Positions 19,523 to 29,597 are shown, numbered from the stretch's first letter. The stretch is DNA of 64,000 nt from Bdellovibrionota bacterium (GCA_044356455.1 JBIKWF010000001.1:1-64000), one strand, 5' to 3'. The notes: generated by a model not told the origin, from the sequence alone. Translations and numbers: made by a program.

Positions 19523-21916
19523 ATGAAAGATTTCTCCCCTACTACGCATGTACGAAGTCTCCCTTCCCAGCTTCTCGCGCCTCAGGCATCTGATAATCTC
19601 AGCTCCGATGGAGCAGATGGGCATAGCGAAGTTCAGCTTCGTGAGTATCTCAAGATAGTCTTTAAATATCGGAGCATTATCGCGGCGTCACTCGTTTTGA
19701 GTGTCCTTTTTTCTTTGATGTATGCGTTTACCGCGACTCCTTTGTACACGACGCAGTCGGTTATCAGAATTAGCACCTATGAGCCGCTCCTTACTGGGGC
19801 CAAGATTGAAGACATGCTTCAGGATCGCAGCCGTGAGGGCACGTTTCTAGAGACACAGATTCAAGAGTTGAAGAGTTTTTCCCTCGCTGACAAAGTTCTT
19901 GAGAACCAGTCGATTCGATCCAAGGTGACTAAACAAGAGAAAAGGGGGTTCTTTTCTCAGCTTTTTGGCGCCAAGGACGAAGCTCCTCAGGTGCCTTCGG
20001 CGCAGTCTCGCTATCAGGCGCCGATAGGTCTGATACGTTCGTATCTCTCCATGATCGATGTGAAGCCGGTTCGCCGCACCTCTCTCGTGGGAATTCAAGT
20101 CACCGCAGACGATCCTGAGCTTGCGTCCCTCATAGCGAATCACCACGCCACTTCTTACATGGACTGGGTGCGCCAGGTGCGCGTTGAGCAGCAGGCCCGG
20201 GGGCTCACCTTCTTGCGCGCTCAGGCTGACGAGCTGAAAGAGAAAGTTGCCGATCTTGATCGCGAGCTTGCGGACTACGCGGAGACCAACTCGATTGTTG
20301 CCGTTAACAAAGACGAAAATATCACGGCGCAGAAGCTTTCCCAGCTCAATCGCCTTTTAACCGATGCAACCGCTAAGCGAATCGAAGTTGAGAACAATTA
20401 TAAGGAAGCCGAGGCGAGTCTTAAGAATCCATCTGCCGGCTTCGATGATGGCTCGACGCAGTCTATGCGTTCAGAGCTCGCAAAACTTGAGGGCGAGCTG
20501 CAGCAGCTTTTAGGCAAGTTTACTGACCAGTACCCGCGCGTGCAGCAAGTGCGAGCCCAGGTAGAAGGCCTCAAACGCTCCATTGAAGGTCAGCGCCGCC
20601 AGGTGGTGACGGGACTTATGGCGAAAATGCTGGCCGCTCAGCAAGAGGAGAAGAATCTTCAGGAGGAGCTCGATCAGCAAAAGAGCCAGGCCTTTGAGCT
20701 GGCGAAGAGGCAGGTGCAGTATAATGTCCTCAATCGCGACCTGACATCTTCGCGGACGATGTTAGAGAATGTACTGAGGCAAATTAAGGAAACTTCCCTC
20801 GCCGTAGAGAGTAATGCCTCTAATATTTCGGTGGTTGATTTTGCTGTGCCGCCTGGTATTCCGAGCTTCCCCCGAAAGTCCTTCATGTTGCTTATCGGTG
20901 CCTTTGCTGGTCTTGTGCTGGGACTCTCTCTCGCCTTGTTATTAAACTATCTCGATAATACCGTACGCACGCCCGAAGATCTAATTCAGTTGCTTCGTAT
21001 CCCAAGTTTGGGCGTAGTGCCTTCTTTCGAGCTTGAGGAGCTGCCTCCTCCTCAAGCCTCAGGGCCTGCGAGTGCTCGCGCAGCGGGATCTCAGACTGGC
21101 AGTTCTGCCGGTGCGACGGTAGCGAGTAGCTTGCCCCTTCTGCAGTCCGAAGCGCTCAAAGCCATTGCTTTCCTTTCAGATCCCCGGTCTCTTGCCGCGG
21201 AAGCCTATCGCACTATTCGGACTGGAATCTTGCTCTCGCAGGCAGGTGAGCCGCCGCGCACCTTGCTCGTAACCTCCGCGCAATCTTCGGAAGGGAAGAC
21301 GACTTCTTCTATTAATCTGGCGGCGAGTTTAGCGAGTGCGGGCGGACGGGTGGTGTTGATTGATGCCGATTTGCGTAGGCCTAGCGTTCATAAGCATTTT
21401 GGTCTTACCTCAAATTCTCCAGGTCTTGTGGAAGTTATTACCGGCATGGCGAAGATCGAGAATGTGGCCATCAAAGAGGTGGTAAAGCGCGTGACGCTTA
21501 TCCCAAGTGGCAGCATCCCGCCGAATCCTGCTGAATTATTGGGAAGTCTTGAGATGGCAAGTTTGATTGACGAGCTTGCCCAAGCCTTCGATTATGTGAT
21601 TATTGATTCGCCTCCGATTTTACCCGTAACCGACTCCGTTATTCTTTCACGATATGTTGACGGCGTGGTGCTCGTGGTGCGCGGCGCGTCGACGCCGCGA
21701 AGAGTGATTAAAGATGCAAAAGATCGCCTCAAGGTAGTGGGCGCACGATTCCTTGGCGCTATTTTGAATGACGTCGATATTACAAGTGGCGACTATTATT
21801 ACTATAATCGCTATTACCACTCATACTACAACAGTGAGCAAGGTTCCGAGTCTGTAGCGTCTGGTTCTGTTCGGCGCCGTAGGCGGGAATCGCCGCCCAC
21901 CTCAATGAACTCTTGA
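19523..21916 (+). CDS. wzc: Polysaccharide co-polymerase / BY-kinase
   Basis: Two TM helices around a coiled coil, AEAYRTIRT, SEGKTT, LIDADLRRP, IIDSPP, C-terminal Tyr cluster DYYYYNRYYHSYY. Confidence 0.92.
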   Translation: MKDFSPTTHVRSLPSQLLAPQASDNLSSDGADGHSEVQLREYLKIVFKYRSIIAASLVLSVLFSLMYAFTATPLYTTQSVIRISTYEPLLTGAKIEDMLQDRSREGTFLETQIQELKSFSLADKVLENQSIRSKVTKQEKRGFFSQLFGAKDEAPQVPSAQSRYQAPIGLIRSYLSMIDVKPVRRTSLVGIQVTADDPELASLIANHHATSYMDWVRQVRVEQQARGLTFLRAQADELKEKVADLDRELADYAETNSIVAVNKDENITAQKLSQLNRLLTDATAKRIEVENNYKEAEASLKNPSAGFDDGSTQSMRSELAKLEGELQQLLGKFTDQYPRVQQVRAQVEGLKRSIEGQRRQVVTGLMAKMLAAQQEEKNLQEELDQQKSQAFELAKRQVQYNVLNRDLTSSRTMLENVLRQIKETSLAVESNASNISVVDFAVPPGIPSFPRKSFMLLIGAFAGLVLGLSLALLLNYLDNTVRTPEDLIQLLRIPSLGVVPSFELEELPPPQASGPASARAAGSQTGSSAGATVASSLPLLQSEALKAIAFLSDPRSLAAEAYRTIRTGILLSQAGEPPRTLLVTSAQSSEGKTTSSINLAASLASAGGRVVLIDADLRRPSVHKHFGLTSNSPGLVEVITGMAKIENVAIKEVVKRVTLIPSGSIPPNPAELLGSLEMASLIDELAQAFDYVIIDSPPILPVTDSVILSRYVDGVVLVVRGASTPRRVIKDAKDRLKVVGARFLGAILNDVDITSGDYYYYNRYYHSYYNSEQGSESVASGSVRRRRRESPPTSMNS

Positions 21917-21926
21917 GGTGAGGGGC

Positions 21927-22787
21927 TTATTCAAAGCCAAGATCTTTGAGGACTTCTCCTAGCTTTTCGAGCTGTGAGTTCTGCTCGAGGTCTTCTATCT
22001 TCTTGAAACAAAGTCTTGCGGTGGACTGGGGGACTTTATTGCTGGTGAAAGCATCTTTAGAGACGAGAACCTTAAAGGCATCTTCGAAACCTTTGGTAAT
22101 TTTTTTTACTTCCACCAAAAGTCCCTGAAGCTCGGAGGCGTAGGTAATCGTGCGTTCCTCTTCCACGACTTCCGAGGACTTCTTCCAATCCGAAAAATTT
22201 GATTTTTCAACTCTATCCAGAATTTCCGGAAGGAGAGAGTCGCAGGCCTCATCGAATTCTTTCTTTTTTTCTTTGCAGAAAGACAGGATAGTTTGCTTGA
22301 CTTGAATATAGAGGCTCTTTGCAATATCTCCTCCCGCAACCACATCGCAGCGTTTGCCGAGAAAGTTCGCCGCGAACTTGGGATCCACGAGCTTTGTCGC
22401 GTCGAAAACGCGGTCTCGTACTTCAATGGTATAAATCGCTGCGCCATGAGGCGTAATAGAATAGCCCCCCGGCCCATAGTGACACTGAATGGGTTGAACG
22501 AGGTGTAGGCAAAGCGACCCATTGGGGATGTCTCTCACGAGTACCTGTTCGTAGGCGGGGCGAGGTCTTGGAAAGCGTAAAGTGGGAGTGAGATCTTCGC
22601 CTCCTACCATCCATTTCTCAGGGTCCGTGCTGGTGAGTAGCTTTCTAATTTTTTCAAGCAGTGGATTATCAAATCCAAGATCGGACTCGCTCCCGGCGTA
22701 AGCAAAGGCAGCCTTGCTTGTCGCTTTATCGGAGCTTTGCTCGGGTGCCGCGGAGTTCGCGGGCGTCTCAGGGGTTTGTTCGCTCAT
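21927..22787 (-). CDS. Hypothetical protein
   Basis: 286-aa ORF with GAGG upstream of ATG, filling the gap between wzc and the AAA gene; no motif recognised. Confidence 0.65.
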   Translation of the reverse strand: MSEQTPETPANSAAPEQSSDKATSKAAFAYAGSESDLGFDNPLLEKIRKLLTSTDPEKWMVGGEDLTPTLRFPRPRPAYEQVLVRDIPNGSLCLHLVQPIQCHYGPGGYSITPHGAAIYTIEVRDRVFDATKLVDPKFAANFLGKRCDVVAGGDIAKSLYIQVKQTILSFCKEKKKEFDEACDSLLPEILDRVEKSNFSDWKKSSEVVEEERTITYASELQGLLVEVKKITKGFEDAFKVLVSKDAFTSNKVPQSTARLCFKKIEDLEQNSQLEKLGEVLKDLGFE

Positions 22788-23077
22788 GGTAAAACCTCGG
22801 CATGTAAGTCTGCGGGAAGCCGCTTCTAACGTAGGTCGAAGTCAATCAGTCCGCACCCTTAAGATCGGTAGTCAGAGGATACTTGCTTCAGCTGGCGTAA
22901 GTGTTTGAAGTTTAACCATAATAATTTTCGACGGGTGCGCACATCTCTTAGGAAATCCTACATAACCCTAAGTGTTAGAGCAGGTTACCGGTCCTAAAGG
23001 AGAGAATGCTGTTTCTCCTTTCATCGGGATCAATTCGCGCTGCCACGCGGAAGAGGTTGAAGAGGAGACTGGTTTCC

Positions 23078-25621
23078 ATGATACCAAAGCGCCCTTCGCA
23101 GGTTTCGGCCCCCAAGAACACTATCCGAATGGGGCAGGGCAACAAGGCCCCGCAAGCCGCTCGTCTTCGCACGACGCGCCCACACCTTCCTAAGAATTCT
23201 CCTCGCATGGCGTCCGATGAAGCCAGTGAGGCCTCTTCTTTGCACGTGGCTGAACCTCAGGAGGCTTTGGCCGCTGAGGAATATGATACGCAAGTAGCTG
23301 AAACGGTAGCTCCCGAGCTTGATGGGGAAACTGAGCATGCTCCGACCGCGCAGCCATTTTCGCACACTCACGGGGGAGAAAGTGATCTTAGAAAACTTGA
23401 AGAAACTCTGCGGGATCTCGGGTTTGAGGATCCCAGTGAGGCATCGTCTTCGAGGGATGAAGCCGACGAAATTGCCCAGATAGAAGTGAGCGAAGGAGCA
23501 GCTCCGCACGCGAAAACGCCCTTGTCCCCCATGACTGACGGAAGTGAGTTAGGGGTTTCAAATAAGAATTTCAGCAGTAGCTATAAGCCCGAGAGAATTG
23601 GGCTTACGACTCTCGGATCCCCTGAGCAGATGATTGAGAAGTTGCAGCAGGTTGGATACCACTGTCATCCGTTCTATGCCGCACAGATGTCGCTTCTGTT
23701 TAACACCACAAGTGCGACGGTCAGGTCGCTACTCCTCGAAGGTCCTCCGGGGTGCGGAAAGAGTTTCATGGCAAAGTCCTTGGCCAAGATCTCAGGCGCT
23801 GAGCTCATGTGCCTCAGTTGCTTTAGGGGAATGAATCTTCAGAATCTGATTGAGAGCCCCTCGACCTTGGCGCTGGCGAGTGCCATGACCGGGAAGGGCG
23901 GAGCGACTGCTGAGGAGATAATGAACCTTGGCATTCTTTCTAAAGCGTTTCTGGCCTCACAATCGCGCCCTGTAATTCTTCTCATAGACGAAATTGATAA
24001 AGTCGATCCCGCTATTGATACATTTTTCCTTGGTCCGATTCAGGACGCGCGAATCTGGCTTGAGTCGCGTCCTCCGATTGATGCCAATATCGATAATTTA
24101 CTCATAGTTTTTACCAAGAATTTTGAGCGCCCACTCAATGATGCACTGCTGAGACGTATTCAGCCGGTGCGCATGCAATACATGGACTCTTCCCTTGAGG
24201 TTGCGGTTCTTTCGCCGCACTGTCCGACTCGACTTGTGGAGAATTTGGTACGCATTGCGGATATCATGCGCGAATCAGACGGCTCGTATCCCTTTGAGCG
24301 GCCGCCTGCTCCTGAGGAACTTCTTAAGGTTGGCAAATTTGTCATGCAGCTTCTTGAGTGGAAGCAGTCCGACTTTGCGTTTGTCGGTTGGAACGTGTGG
24401 TATATGATGGCCAAGTCTGAACATGATCGCTCAGTGCTTGAGCTCATGCTTCGGTATCACCCAGAGTTCTTCGATCCGCTTGTACCCGATGGCCGCAAGG
24501 CAACTATCGAGCAGGTTTACGCACGCCTTGGGCGCGTGGTGCTTGAGGGGATTGTTGACGACCCCGACGCGGAGCGCCGAGGAAAGGCGTATCGACCAGA
24601 AGTCGTGGGACTTACCAAGGTGGGCTCGCCGCAGGACCTTGCTCGTAAGCTAAAGGCAGTGGGCTACGAATGCTTGCCCTTTAATGCGACTCAGATTTCA
24701 CTCCTTCTTAATACTCCTTCAGATCGAGTGCGTTCGCTTCTGCTTGAAGGCCCCTCGGGGTGCGGTAAAAGCTTCATGGCAAAATGCCTTGCCAAAATTA
24801 CGGGCGCCGAGTTCATGTGTCTTAGTTGTTATAAGGATATGAACATTCAGCACCTGATTGAAGTACCGTCTGCGCTCGCGATCGCGCAGTCTATGGCGGG
24901 GAATCAGGGCGGCGCGAAAGAAAAGTTAATGAATCTCGGCGTAATCTCTCGGGCCTTCATGAAGTCTCAGAATCAGCCCGTTATTTTGCTCGTTGATGAA
25001 ATTGATAAGGTTGACACGGCGATAGATACCTTCTTCCTCGGACCAATTCAGGACGCACGTATTTGGATGGAGTCGAGGCCGCCTCTCGATGCGAACATTG
25101 ATAATCTTCTCATTATTTTTACCAAGAACTATGCACGGACCCTTAACGATGCACTTCTGCGACGTGTTCATCCCGTTCGCATGACTTATCTGAATGCGAC
25201 ACTCGAGCGCAACATTTTATCGAAACATTGCATGCCGCAACTGGTGGCCAATCTGGTATCTGTTGCTGACCGCATGCGCGACTCGGCAGGGTCGTACCAA
25301 TTTGAGAGACCACCCGCACCGGAAGAACTGCTCACGGGAGGGCATTACATTATGAAGCTCCTCGAGTGGGGATCCAACGATTTCGCTTGGATCGGCAGAA
25401 ACGTCTGGGCAATCCTCGCGAAATCCGAGCATGACCGAGCAGTGCTTGAGCATATGATGCGTTTTCATCCGGACTTTATGGATCCGCTCTGTCCTGATGG
25501 ACGCAATGCGCCGATTGAGCAAGTGTACTCGCGGCTTGGGCGAGTGGTGCTTAAGGATATCGTCTCAGACCCTGAGGCGCTCGCTCGCGAGAAGGCGTGG
25601 GAAGAGATCGAGTATAACTAG
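23078..25621 (+). CDS. Tandem-duplicated MoxR/CoxD-like AAA+ ATPase with acidic low-complexity N-terminus
   Basis: Two Walker A (GPPGCGKS, GPSGCGKS), two Walker B (LLIDEIDK, LLVDEIDK), two NDALLRR; ATG 23078 follows GAGGAG. Confidence 0.85.
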   Translation: MIPKRPSQVSAPKNTIRMGQGNKAPQAARLRTTRPHLPKNSPRMASDEASEASSLHVAEPQEALAAEEYDTQVAETVAPELDGETEHAPTAQPFSHTHGGESDLRKLEETLRDLGFEDPSEASSSRDEADEIAQIEVSEGAAPHAKTPLSPMTDGSELGVSNKNFSSSYKPERIGLTTLGSPEQMIEKLQQVGYHCHPFYAAQMSLLFNTTSATVRSLLLEGPPGCGKSFMAKSLAKISGAELMCLSCFRGMNLQNLIESPSTLALASAMTGKGGATAEEIMNLGILSKAFLASQSRPVILLIDEIDKVDPAIDTFFLGPIQDARIWLESRPPIDANIDNLLIVFTKNFERPLNDALLRRIQPVRMQYMDSSLEVAVLSPHCPTRLVENLVRIADIMRESDGSYPFERPPAPEELLKVGKFVMQLLEWKQSDFAFVGWNVWYMMAKSEHDRSVLELMLRYHPEFFDPLVPDGRKATIEQVYARLGRVVLEGIVDDPDAERRGKAYRPEVVGLTKVGSPQDLARKLKAVGYECLPFNATQISLLLNTPSDRVRSLLLEGPSGCGKSFMAKCLAKITGAEFMCLSCYKDMNIQHLIEVPSALAIAQSMAGNQGGAKEKLMNLGVISRAFMKSQNQPVILLVDEIDKVDTAIDTFFLGPIQDARIWMESRPPLDANIDNLLIIFTKNYARTLNDALLRRVHPVRMTYLNATLERNILSKHCMPQLVANLVSVADRMRDSAGSYQFERPPAPEELLTGGHYIMKLLEWGSNDFAWIGRNVWAILAKSEHDRAVLEHMMRFHPDFMDPLCPDGRNAPIEQVYSRLGRVVLKDIVSDPEALAREKAWEEIEYN

Positions 25622-25700
25622 GAAGTCTCTTAGAAGCGTCCGCGTTCCTTTTGTTGTTGATGAAAAACAACCAGTAAGACCACAGAGACCACGAAGGGAA
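25618..25700. repeat. Degenerate type E element starting on the AAA gene stop codon
   Basis: CTAG-GAAGTCTCT ... CAACCAGTAAGACCACAGAGACCACGAAG. Confidence 0.55.
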
Positions 25701-25843
25701 GGGGATGTCTTCTCATCTTTGGGTTTTGCGAAGTCACGCTGCAAATTCCACCTCTGCGGATCGCGGTATCAACGTGGGTGTTCCTACCCCGTTTATCACG
25801 CTATGCTTCGAGGAGTCTTATTACTGCTCTGGAGTATCTCTCT

Positions 25844-26452
25844 ATGCTTTCCGTTGGATCTCAAGCACCTCAGTTCGCTCTTCCCGATAAAACAGGTAAG
25901 AAAACCTCCCTCAAGGATGTGCCCTCGCAGTTCTTGGTTGTCTATTTTTATCCCAAAGACAATACGCCAGGCTGCACGGTTGAAGCGCTCGAATTTACCA
26001 GTGAGCTTGCGGCGTTCAAGAAGCGCAAGGCGGAAGTAATTGGAATCTCAGGCGGGGATGAGAAGTCGAAGGCGAAATTTTGTGACAAGTATAATCTTGG
26101 CGTGACCTTATTATCCGATACTGATTTCTCCGTTGCAAAAAAGTTTGGCGTCTTCGGGGAGAAGTCTTTTATGGGACGAAAATTCAACGGGATTTTTCGT
26201 TCTACCTTTATTCTAGATAAGAAGCGGCGCGTACTGAAAGTTTTTGACTCAGTCAGCGCGAAGGGGCATGCCCAGGAGGTTCTTGCCTTTTTGGATGAGG
26301 CGAGTGGGGGCATCGGTAGAAAGACGGCTATGCGTACGAGTGCTCGTGCAGGAGCCAAAAAATCTTCGAAATCAGGTTCCGTGTCAGTAAAGAAAGGAGC
26401 GAAGAGCGGAGTCGCAGCAAAGGGGCGGCCAAAGGCACGGCGCCCGCGGTGA
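25844..26452 (+). CDS. bcp: Thioredoxin-dependent peroxiredoxin Bcp with basic C-terminal tail
   Basis: YFYPKDNTPGCTVEA, RSTFILD; K/R-rich extension. Confidence 0.92.
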   Translation: MLSVGSQAPQFALPDKTGKKTSLKDVPSQFLVVYFYPKDNTPGCTVEALEFTSELAAFKKRKAEVIGISGGDEKSKAKFCDKYNLGVTLLSDTDFSVAKKFGVFGEKSFMGRKFNGIFRSTFILDKKRRVLKVFDSVSAKGHAQEVLAFLDEASGGIGRKTAMRTSARAGAKKSSKSGSVSVKKGAKSGVAAKGRPKARRPR

Positions 26453-26561
26453 GCTTAGCCCTTACCTTCATGGTAGCCTCGGAGTGCTGAGCGCGGGCTT
26501 ATTCAGAGGTTCCTGAGGAGCGCTTTCTCTGGATGTGGCCGGGGAGGTGCTCCGCAGAACG

Positions 26562-26767
26562 CTAAGGAACCTCTGAAAAAGTCCCCCGTGCGTACTTTGC
26601 GTCCCCGGCTCTGCTAAAGCTGCGCCGCGGCCGCACTGAAGCCAGGCTTGGCGCAGAAGGTTCTGCGTTACTTGAAAACTATTGAATAACGCGGAGTACG
26701 CAGAGTACGCGGAGGTAAAACAGGACGAAGATTGTTCCTTTTCGGGGTTGTTCAGAGGCTACCCAAG
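26562..26767. mobile_element. MITE-like element type A with nested 57-bp insertion
   Basis: CTAA-GGAACCTCTGAAAAA ... TTGTTCAGAGGCTACC; left arm interrupted at 26605-26661. Confidence 0.8.
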
Positions 26768-26819
26768 GCAGTATTCGGTGGTTTCCTAGCTCGCGAGAGT
26801 TCGCTATTCTCTCTTCCAC

Positions 26820-27710
26820 ATGGATATCTTGCCTCAGCTACTTGTTAATGCCCTTATCTCGGGCAGTATCTACGCCATCGCGAGTTCCGGGCTATCTTTG
26901 GCCTACGGCCTGCAGCGCATTCTCAATTTTGCGCAGGGGCATTTTATGATGGTGGGTGCCTACGCTTTTTTCTTTGCGCGGGTATTACATGAGGGCAGCC
27001 TCGCGGAGGCTGGTCTTGTCTCGCTGCTGGTGATGCTGGTTCTTGGGCTAAGCTCGCTCTATATATTTGTGCTTCCGTTCTCAGCCTATAGCCCGCTTCT
27101 TCCGTTTGTGACTACGCTCGCACTTGGCGCCATGCTGGAATCCTGCGTCTCCATGTTTTTTGGCGTGAATGTGCAATCCATTAGCCGCGGCCTTGAGTTC
27201 GAGAGTCTTGAGTTTGGAGGGGTTTATATTACTCCAATTCAAATTCTCATTATCTTAAGTGCCGTGGTGCTTCTTGGCGCTCTTGCGCTTGTGGTGCACG
27301 GAACCTCTTTCGGTCGAAAGGTGAGGGCGCTTTCTGAACACCGCTACGCAGCGGCCAGCCTGGGGACAAGCTACACAAGCACCACTATCCTTGTGTTTTG
27401 TTTGGGCGCCGTGCTTTCAGGCTACGCCGGAATTCTGGTGGGCTTGGAGACCAATATCCAGCCCACTATGGGGGGCTCTTATACTATTAAGGCGTTTGCC
27501 GCGATGACACTTGGAGGCCTGGGAAACCTGTGGGGTACGGTGCTAGGGAGCTTTTTGCTCGGCCTCATAGAGAATTTGAGTATTGGGCTTGATTTTGGTG
27601 GGTATAGTCTACCTGCGGGATACAAAGATGCATTTGCCTTTGTCATCATTCTCATGGTGCTTCTGATTAAGCCTGAGGGGTTGTTTCGCCGCGTGGGCCG
27701 AAGGGTATAG
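26820..27710 (+). CDS. livH: Branched-chain amino acid ABC transporter permease
   Basis: GSIYAIASSGLSLAYG...LNFAQG, FGRKVRA, KAFAAMTLGGLG, KPEGLF. Confidence 0.88.
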   Translation: MDILPQLLVNALISGSIYAIASSGLSLAYGLQRILNFAQGHFMMVGAYAFFFARVLHEGSLAEAGLVSLLVMLVLGLSSLYIFVLPFSAYSPLLPFVTTLALGAMLESCVSMFFGVNVQSISRGLEFESLEFGGVYITPIQILIILSAVVLLGALALVVHGTSFGRKVRALSEHRYAAASLGTSYTSTTILVFCLGAVLSGYAGILVGLETNIQPTMGGSYTIKAFAAMTLGGLGNLWGTVLGSFLLGLIENLSIGLDFGGYSLPAGYKDAFAFVIILMVLLIKPEGLFRRVGRRV

Positions 27711-27714
27711 CGAA

Positions 27715-28638
27715 ATGGTAGACGGCTTTTTTTCATTCTTTAGCGGGTTTTATGCCGTTCTTGCTTCAGAGTACGCCTTGCATATGTGCGTGCTGCTTGG
27801 AATTTATTTGATTCTCGCGCAAAGTTTTAATTTAGTCTTCGGCGTCGGGGGGCTCTTTAATCTGGCGCATGTGGCGACCTACGCTATCGGTGCCTATACT
27901 ACTGCTCTTCTTTCAACGGAGCTCGGCGTCGGAGTTTGGCAATGTTTGCTTGCCAGTGCCTTGCTCTCAGGACTCCTGGCCTTACTGATAGGCGCCATTT
28001 CTCTTCGCTTGGCGACCGATTATTTTGCGATTGGCTCTCTCGCCTTTAGCGCGGTGGTGAGCGCGCTTTTGGTAAATTGGCGCAGCCTCACGCGAGGCGT
28101 ACTCGGAATACCGGGGATTCCTCGCCCCGAATGGGGCGGGGTTGACTTTAATCGAGTTGAGAACTTTCTCTATTTTACCATGGTAATAGCAGCCGTTTGT
28201 ATGATGTGCATGTGGCTTCTTTTTAGAAGCTCATTTGCCAGAAGCCTCAAAGCGTCAGCCCAGTCTGATGTGGCGGCACAGAGCTTGGGGCGAGACGTAG
28301 CGCGTCTTCGAATCTGGGCCTTCTTTTTATCCTCTGCCTTTGCCGGGATTGCAGGGGCCCTTTTTGCCTACTACCTCAATTATATCGATCCATCCTCTTT
28401 TTCCCTATCTGAGATGGTTCTTGTGCTTACGATAGTCGTCGTGGGGCGCCCAGGTTCATATTGGGGTGTGGCAGCGTCGACTTTTCTCCTCGTCGTGCTA
28501 CTCCCTGAGGGGCTGCGGTTTCTGCCCCTTGAACCAAGTGTGCTTGGGCCACTAAGGCAGTTCTTACATGCGCTGCTACTTTTTGTGGTGGTATATTTAA
28601 ACCGTGCGCGGCTGTTTCCTGTTGAGAGAATGATATGA
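27715..28638 (+). CDS. livM: Branched-chain amino acid ABC transporter permease
   Basis: NLVFGVGGLFNLAH, LRLATDYFAI, FAGIAGALFA. Confidence 0.85.
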   Translation: MVDGFFSFFSGFYAVLASEYALHMCVLLGIYLILAQSFNLVFGVGGLFNLAHVATYAIGAYTTALLSTELGVGVWQCLLASALLSGLLALLIGAISLRLATDYFAIGSLAFSAVVSALLVNWRSLTRGVLGIPGIPRPEWGGVDFNRVENFLYFTMVIAAVCMMCMWLLFRSSFARSLKASAQSDVAAQSLGRDVARLRIWAFFLSSAFAGIAGALFAYYLNYIDPSSFSLSEMVLVLTIVVVGRPGSYWGVAASTFLLVVLLPEGLRFLPLEPSVLGPLRQFLHALLLFVVVYLNRARLFPVERMI

Positions 28639-29438
28639 GTCAACTGCCAAGTAATCAGCTGCAAGGTAATCAGCCCCAAGGTGCCGCCACTCTCCTTGAG
28701 ATAAAGGACTTACGGTTCTCTATTCGAGGAGCCCCCATTCTTAACGGCATCTCCTTCTCTGTGGCACAGGGTGAAACGGTGGGGATAATTGGTCCCAATG
28801 GAAGTGGAAAGACCACGCTCTTCAATTGTCTGAGTGGTTTTAACCGTGTTCCCCATGGCGTGATCCATTTTCGCGGAGAGGACATTAGTGGTCTTGGGCC
28901 CTCGCAGCGGGCGCTTAAAGGAGTGGGGCGCGTCTTTCAGAACCCTGGGATTTTTCGTGAAATGTCTTTGCTTGAGAATATGATTACGGCTCTTGAAGGT
29001 CGTCAGCCACTGCTTTCGACGTTCTTCCCTTGGAGCTCCGCCCATAGCCGCAATAAGACAGAGGCGCTCCGATTTCTCGCAGAGGTGGGGCTTGAGCAGA
29101 AATCGGGGCATAAGGCTTCTAGTCTCTCGGGGGGGCAGATGCGGCTTCTGGAGATTACACGCACCCTTGCCTTTGGGGCGGAGCTGTTTCTTCTTGATGA
29201 GCCAACGGCCGGAGTTTCGCCCAAGATGAAAGAGGAAGTTGCGCTGCTTGTTGAGCAGCTTCGCAAACTTGGGAAAACAGTGCTCGTAATCGAACATGAT
29301 ATCCAGTTCATTCAGCGTTTCTGTGACCGAATTATCGTGCTGGATGTTGGTCAGGTGGTTATGGATGGAGATCCCAAGAGCGTGCGCGAGAACCCGCGCT
29401 TACAGGAAATCTATTTCGGAGGGGCTCATGGTCACTAG
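28635..29438 (+). CDS. livG: Branched-chain amino acid ABC transporter ATPase
   Basis: IGPNGSGKTTLFN, GRVFQ, LLDEPTAG, IEHD, YFG terminus. Confidence 0.88.
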   Translation: MSQLPSNQLQGNQPQGAATLLEIKDLRFSIRGAPILNGISFSVAQGETVGIIGPNGSGKTTLFNCLSGFNRVPHGVIHFRGEDISGLGPSQRALKGVGRVFQNPGIFREMSLLENMITALEGRQPLLSTFFPWSSAHSRNKTEALRFLAEVGLEQKSGHKASSLSGGQMRLLEITRTLAFGAELFLLDEPTAGVSPKMKEEVALLVEQLRKLGKTVLVIEHDIQFIQRFCDRIIVLDVGQVVMDGDPKSVRENPRLQEIYFGGAHGH

Positions 29439-29459
29439 TCGTTGCAAGGAGCTTCTCCC

Positions 29460-29597
29460 CTAGGGAAGCTCTGAAAAAGTCTGCTCTGTGAACTCTGTGC
29501 CCTCTGTGGTTGATTTAAATTTTTGAAAAACCACAGAGGGCACAGAGAACACGGAGGGAAAGAAATAAAATATCGAGGTTTTTCAGGGGTTCCTTAG
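29460..29597. mobile_element. MITE-like element, type C (reverse orientation)
   Basis: CTAG-GGAAGCTCTGAAAAA ... TTTTTCAGGGGTTCC-TTAG; near reverse complement of 41199-41339. Confidence 0.9.
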
